In this document: in pieces, positions 60,559 to 64,000 of the stretch
Position numbering within the stretch: position 1 is the stretch's first letter
How the letters are laid out: every line of letters starts with the position of its first letter
DNA from: Chitinophagaceae bacterium
GTDB taxonomy: Bacteria > Bacteroidota > Bacteroidia > Chitinophagales > Chitinophagaceae
Direction: 5' to 3'
DNA length: 64,000 bases
NCBI GenBank assembly: GCA_017307735.1
Contig: JAFKGR010000019.1
Span: 2,622 to 66,621 of the forward strand
The notes under the pieces: generated by a model
What the model saw: the letters and a program-made list of their open reading frames with translations, nothing else
Databases searched by the model: none
Told to the model about the DNA's origin: nothing
Program-made: the position numbers and the translations under genes

Positions 60559-60593
60559 GCCTTGCAAAGTTAGGACTCCTATCTTTGCAAGGC
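60559..60593. promoter_or_regulatory. 35 bp palindrome containing operator core and -7 box; may also act as terminator
   Basis: GCCTTGCAAAG-t-TAGGA-c-TCCTA-t-CTTTGCAAGGC; includes TATCTTTG (60580-60587). Confidence 0.75.
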
Positions 60594-60731
60594 TTTTATT
60601 TTTATTGTTGGGAAATATTTTGATGATGTGGCAAAGTTTAATTTGGAAACTTTTCAAAGGTGAAAGGTGAATGAAGCAAAATGAGGGACAGGCAACTTAG
60701 GAGGATTAATGATACATAATATTCAGTGCGC

Positions 60732-61337
60732 ATGAAATATTCATCATTTAATTTAAGTGAGCAAAACCAAAAAATTGAGAGCCGTATAGTAGTGGCTTTG
60801 GAACGAATTGCGGAAGCGTTCCGGGTATTGCTTTGGAATGAAAGCAAAGAAAATTCATTAAGCCCAATCCAAATTCAGATTCTGATTTTTGTCAATTTTC
60901 ATTCGTCAGAAAAATGCAAAGTAGGCTATCTGGCAAATGAGTTCAATATGACCAAGGCCACCATTAGCGATAGTGTAAAGGTGTTACTTGCCAAAGATCT
61001 GGTCAACAAGGAAACCGACCCGGCAGACACAAGAAGTTATTCGCTTTCCCTGACAACCAAAGGAAAAAAAATTGCCAAAAAAGCATCCTTTTTTGCTTCT
61101 TCCATTGAGCAACCGCTTGAAAAGCTCACGGAAGACCAAAAAACGATAATGCTCAACGGCTTGCTAAAATTGATTTATGACCTGAATAAATCAGGTGTTA
61201 TAACCGTTCAGCGAATGTGTTTTAATTGTTCAAATTATCAGTTTGACAAGGGTGTTCATTACTGCAAACTTCTGAAGACCCCGCTCGCAGAAAATGAACT
61301 GAGGGTGGATTGCCCGGATCACGAATTACAACTATGA
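60732..61337 (+). CDS. MarR-family transcriptional regulator with C-terminal Cys/His motif (ORF track starts at 60726)
   Basis: LSPIQIQILIF, LANEFNMTKATISDSVKVL, DTRSYSLSLTTKG; C-terminal CFNC...HYCKLL...CPDH. Confidence 0.9.
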   Translation: MKYSSFNLSEQNQKIESRIVVALERIAEAFRVLLWNESKENSLSPIQIQILIFVNFHSSEKCKVGYLANEFNMTKATISDSVKVLLAKDLVNKETDPADTRSYSLSLTTKGKKIAKKASFFASSIEQPLEKLTEDQKTIMLNGLLKLIYDLNKSGVITVQRMCFNCSNYQFDKGVHYCKLLKTPLAENELRVDCPDHELQL

Positions 61338-61860
61338 GATTAATCATTGAGAAAATAGCGAATCCTGAAAGCAGAAAAAAATGCAATCCGGCATTTCAAG
61401 GACCCCAATGAAATAAAACTTCTTTCAGCAACAAAACAGTTTCAGAATCGAATCTTGAAACGTGAGAAACTTTGCCTGGCGAAAAACAAGGTGCCGAACT
61501 TAATTGAAAAGGTTGAAATAGGGTTTACAAATTTGCAGAAGAATATACTGTGGTGACGGATGGTGATGTGATGAATAGAGAAACTCTGCCTCTAATCTGG
61601 AATATGGCTTTACATTTTGAACCCATATTTTGAAATGACTTGAAAGTTAAACAGACAGTATTTCTTTTTATTTTCAGTAAGAACTTCTTTTCCTTCCACT
61701 ATATTCCACATCATCTTAAATTGGTAATCTTTGAGTTTTTTGTTTTTTTGCAGCCGGTTATTTTAGAAATGAATACCGATTGACAGATATGAAATATTGA
61801 AAACAGTAATCCAGAAAAAATCCGGTAGAATTTGGGTGCATGGATCACAACTGCCTTGTT

Positions 61861-61883
61861 ATTGAGGAAACTTCCTCCTCAAT
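61861..61883 (-). terminator. Possible terminator hairpin after the Res-like gene
   Basis: ATTGAGGA-n7-TCCTCAAT, 10 nt downstream of the stop; weak U-tract. Confidence 0.4.
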
Positions 61884-61893
61884 GAGAACCTTA

Positions 61894-64000
61894 CTACATA
61901 ATCCTATTAATTTTTTCCTTCCATTCATCTTCAAATACCACCTGAAACTTAAAACTTTTGTCAGGAAATTCGTCAAATAACTCTTTCCATGTCTTTTTTG
62001 CTCCTAATTCATTGCAAAGGTCAAATACACTTTTCTTATAGCGTGTGTCATCATTTTCTTTCAGGTGGACACCCTTTGTTTCCAATACATAGACGGTATC
62101 ATAATCATCTTTTTTTTCTTTGCTGATTTTAGCAGCAACAAAATCAGGGTAGATCTTATTTCGTTGCCAGCCCTGGATATGAAAGTCTTTTCTTGCCCGG
62201 TTGCGGTACCACCAAAGCAATTGTTCTTGTTCGTCCAAATAAATTGCAACGGCTTTTTCCGTTTCGTTTAAATCTTCATCGGGGACATAATCAAACAAAG
62301 ATTTTTGAACAGGTGAATTGTCTGAACGCACCAACTGCCTGTTGCTTTTTACTTTGATATGGGTTGGTATCAAATGATGCCCTTTATCCTGGAGCAGGAA
62401 GAAAAATAACTTTTTCTGATCAAGCAGATTTCTGAAAGCTTCTTCTGCCAAACGGTTTTTCTCTTTATCCAAAATCCTTTTCAACTCTTCAATGATAAAA
62501 ACAAAGTTGGCTGCAATGATTTCCTTATCATATTTCTTTGCAAGTAATCGCAGCGCTTGCCTTCCCAGGTCAAAAGCAATCCAGGGATTAGGTACTATAT
62601 CGCTTAACTGTCTTGCCAAAAAGGCTTCGTCAATTTCAAGTGTGCCCCGGGTTTCCAGCCTTCCGGTTTCCAGTAATAATTCTTTTTCTTCTTTGCTTAA
62701 CCCTAAAGTAAGTTCCTGTTCTTTCGTTTGTGTGCCGCTTAATGTTTTATTGGCTATTTCTTTTAAGTCAATTTTATTCCAGTCAATTCCATTCAATATA
62801 TCTGCTTCGAAAATAACATCCCGCCAGCTTTCTTTTTCCTGTACCACAAATTTGGGCAGGTATATTTTTCCTTCAAATTTTTTAAACCCCGGACGATAAG
62901 TTAAGTCCCGTTCCTTTAAATTCGGTACGCCACCGATAGCTTCATCACTTACCAAACGGCCCGCAATATCCCCTAACCCTTCGTTTTCCAATCCATTTTT
63001 TATTTCGCCTACCAGGGCTGCCGCATTGGGTTTGTATGTATAAATATAGCATTCGTCCAATTCTTTTACCTGGGTTTTTCGTGCATTGGGTTGCCTCAAA
63101 ATCCTGCCGACTAATTGCGTTATGCCGGTTGCGGATTGAGGATTGGTAAGAATGGTTAGGATGTATGCAAAAGAGCAATCCCACCCCTCCTGTAAGGCCT
63201 GTTTGGTAATGATGTAACGTATTTCACAATCTTTGGCAAAAAGATCAATTCCTTCAATGTCGTCCTTTTCACTGCTTTTTATAGCGATTTGTTTTTCCGG
63301 GACGCCACACTTTTTTATCAAAAATTCCTTCGCATCTTCTGCGTGGATAAAATCAGTTCCACGTTGGTCTCTACCAGTGCGTTCCACCTGTATTAAACAA
63401 ATCGGACGAATGTATTCGCCGGTATTTTGTTCATAATCTTTCGCGTTCTTCTCTAATTGATTTCGTTTTTCAAAAGCGGCAAGCATGGTATCTCTCCAAT
63501 CTAAACTTGCTTTATTGGTAAGATGAATATCTAACTTTATCATTTCTTCTTCGTGCAGCTCCCGCCCGGTAATTTTTACCAGCTCATTGCTGTTGGGTGG
63601 CGGTGTTGCCGATAGTTCAAGAATAAAAGAGGGATTGAAATTCCGGATTGTATTTCTTGCCAGTTGGCCATAGGCTCTGTGCCCTTCATCAATTATCACC
63701 AGGGGCCTCAACACTTTCAACGTATTGCCTAAGGAGGTTTTGATTTGGCGTTGAAATATTTCATTCGCTTCACCAAAGTAATCAAGGTTGGGTATATGTT
63801 TCAGCAACTCATTTTGTGCCGGGTAGTTATCTTCTGCTGGAAAAAATTCAGTAAAACCGCCCGCATCCCGAAATACTTTCAGTGTTTCTTTGTTTTGCCT
63901 GTTTGCAGAAGGGAGCATGAGTAACAAAATCACTAAGTTTTCTTCTACATCCAGACGGTTAAATAGTTCTGTTTTCTCTTTTATCAAAGTTCTGCCGCCG
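61894..64000 (-). CDS. Type III restriction enzyme Res subunit-like SF2 helicase/endonuclease, 5'-truncated by the window edge
   Basis: Frame open to 64000 (GGRTLIKEK...); VIIDEGH, LELSATP, KQALQEGWD, QLVGRILRQP; C-terminal YPDFVAA...VLETKG PD-(D/E)xK nuclease. Confidence 0.9.
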   Translation of the reverse strand, partial: GGRTLIKEKTELFNRLDVEENLVILLLMLPSANRQNKETLKVFRDAGGFTEFFPAEDNYPAQNELLKHIPNLDYFGEANEIFQRQIKTSLGNTLKVLRPLVIIDEGHRAYGQLARNTIRNFNPSFILELSATPPPNSNELVKITGRELHEEEMIKLDIHLTNKASLDWRDTMLAAFEKRNQLEKNAKDYEQNTGEYIRPICLIQVERTGRDQRGTDFIHAEDAKEFLIKKCGVPEKQIAIKSSEKDDIEGIDLFAKDCEIRYIITKQALQEGWDCSFAYILTILTNPQSATGITQLVGRILRQPNARKTQVKELDECYIYTYKPNAAALVGEIKNGLENEGLGDIAGRLVSDEAIGGVPNLKERDLTYRPGFKKFEGKIYLPKFVVQEKESWRDVIFEADILNGIDWNKIDLKEIANKTLSGTQTKEQELTLGLSKEEKELLLETGRLETRGTLEIDEAFLARQLSDIVPNPWIAFDLGRQALRLLAKKYDKEIIAANFVFIIEELKRILDKEKNRLAEEAFRNLLDQKKLFFFLLQDKGHHLIPTHIKVKSNRQLVRSDNSPVQKSLFDYVPDEDLNETEKAVAIYLDEQEQLLWWYRNRARKDFHIQGWQRNKIYPDFVAAKISKEKKDDYDTVYVLETKGVHLKENDDTRYKKSVFDLCNELGAKKTWKELFDEFPDKSFKFQVVFEDEWKEKINRIM

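Noticed and set aside
61338-61860. About 520 nt between the MarR and Res genes, checked for small toxin-antitoxin genes or an att site
   Set aside because: All frames I translated are interrupted and unrecognisable; no repeat partner found.
1343-63436. Many 60-200 aa ORFs antisense to or nested within long genes (for example 1343..1888, 32903..33514, 49452..49886, 62492..62899)
   Set aside because: They are shadow frames of well-supported genes and carry no family motifs.
1-64000. rRNA, tRNA, integrase, transposase, reverse transcriptase
   Set aside because: None recognised by eye or among the ORFs; tRNAscan-SE and Infernal would be needed to exclude small RNAs.

Overview
64 kb of a Bacteroidota chromosome, probably Chitinophagaceae-like (inferred from gene content and TAnnTTTG promoter boxes). 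Left to right: the tail of a SusD gene plus a TPR-TlpA thioredoxin; a cysteine hydrolase; two tandem orphan PAS/HisKA_3 kinases; a T9SS-secreted beta-propeller; a CAZyme-free ECF-sigma/FecR/SusC/SusD/TlpA locus; a hybrid two-component-regulated dextran-type PUL (SusC/D/E, GH66, an (alpha/alpha)6 glycosidase) bracketed by a ~60 bp direct repeat; a decayed stretch where an AAA-ATPase/nuclease and a TOTE-type helicase remnant separate an ECF sigma from its FecR; an amino-sugar/uronate PUL (SusC/D, GH84-like, NagA, NagB-like, MFS, heparinase II/III-like, SDR, KdgK, YhcH, Eda); a small Cys-rich module (thioredoxin-like, secreted unknown protein, MarR) with a shared palindromic operator; and a type III restriction Res-like gene cut by the right edge. 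Several gene remnants missing from the ORF track were found by manual translation. I saw no rRNA, tRNA, CRISPR array, integrase or transposase. Family assignments come from motif recognition, not database searches.
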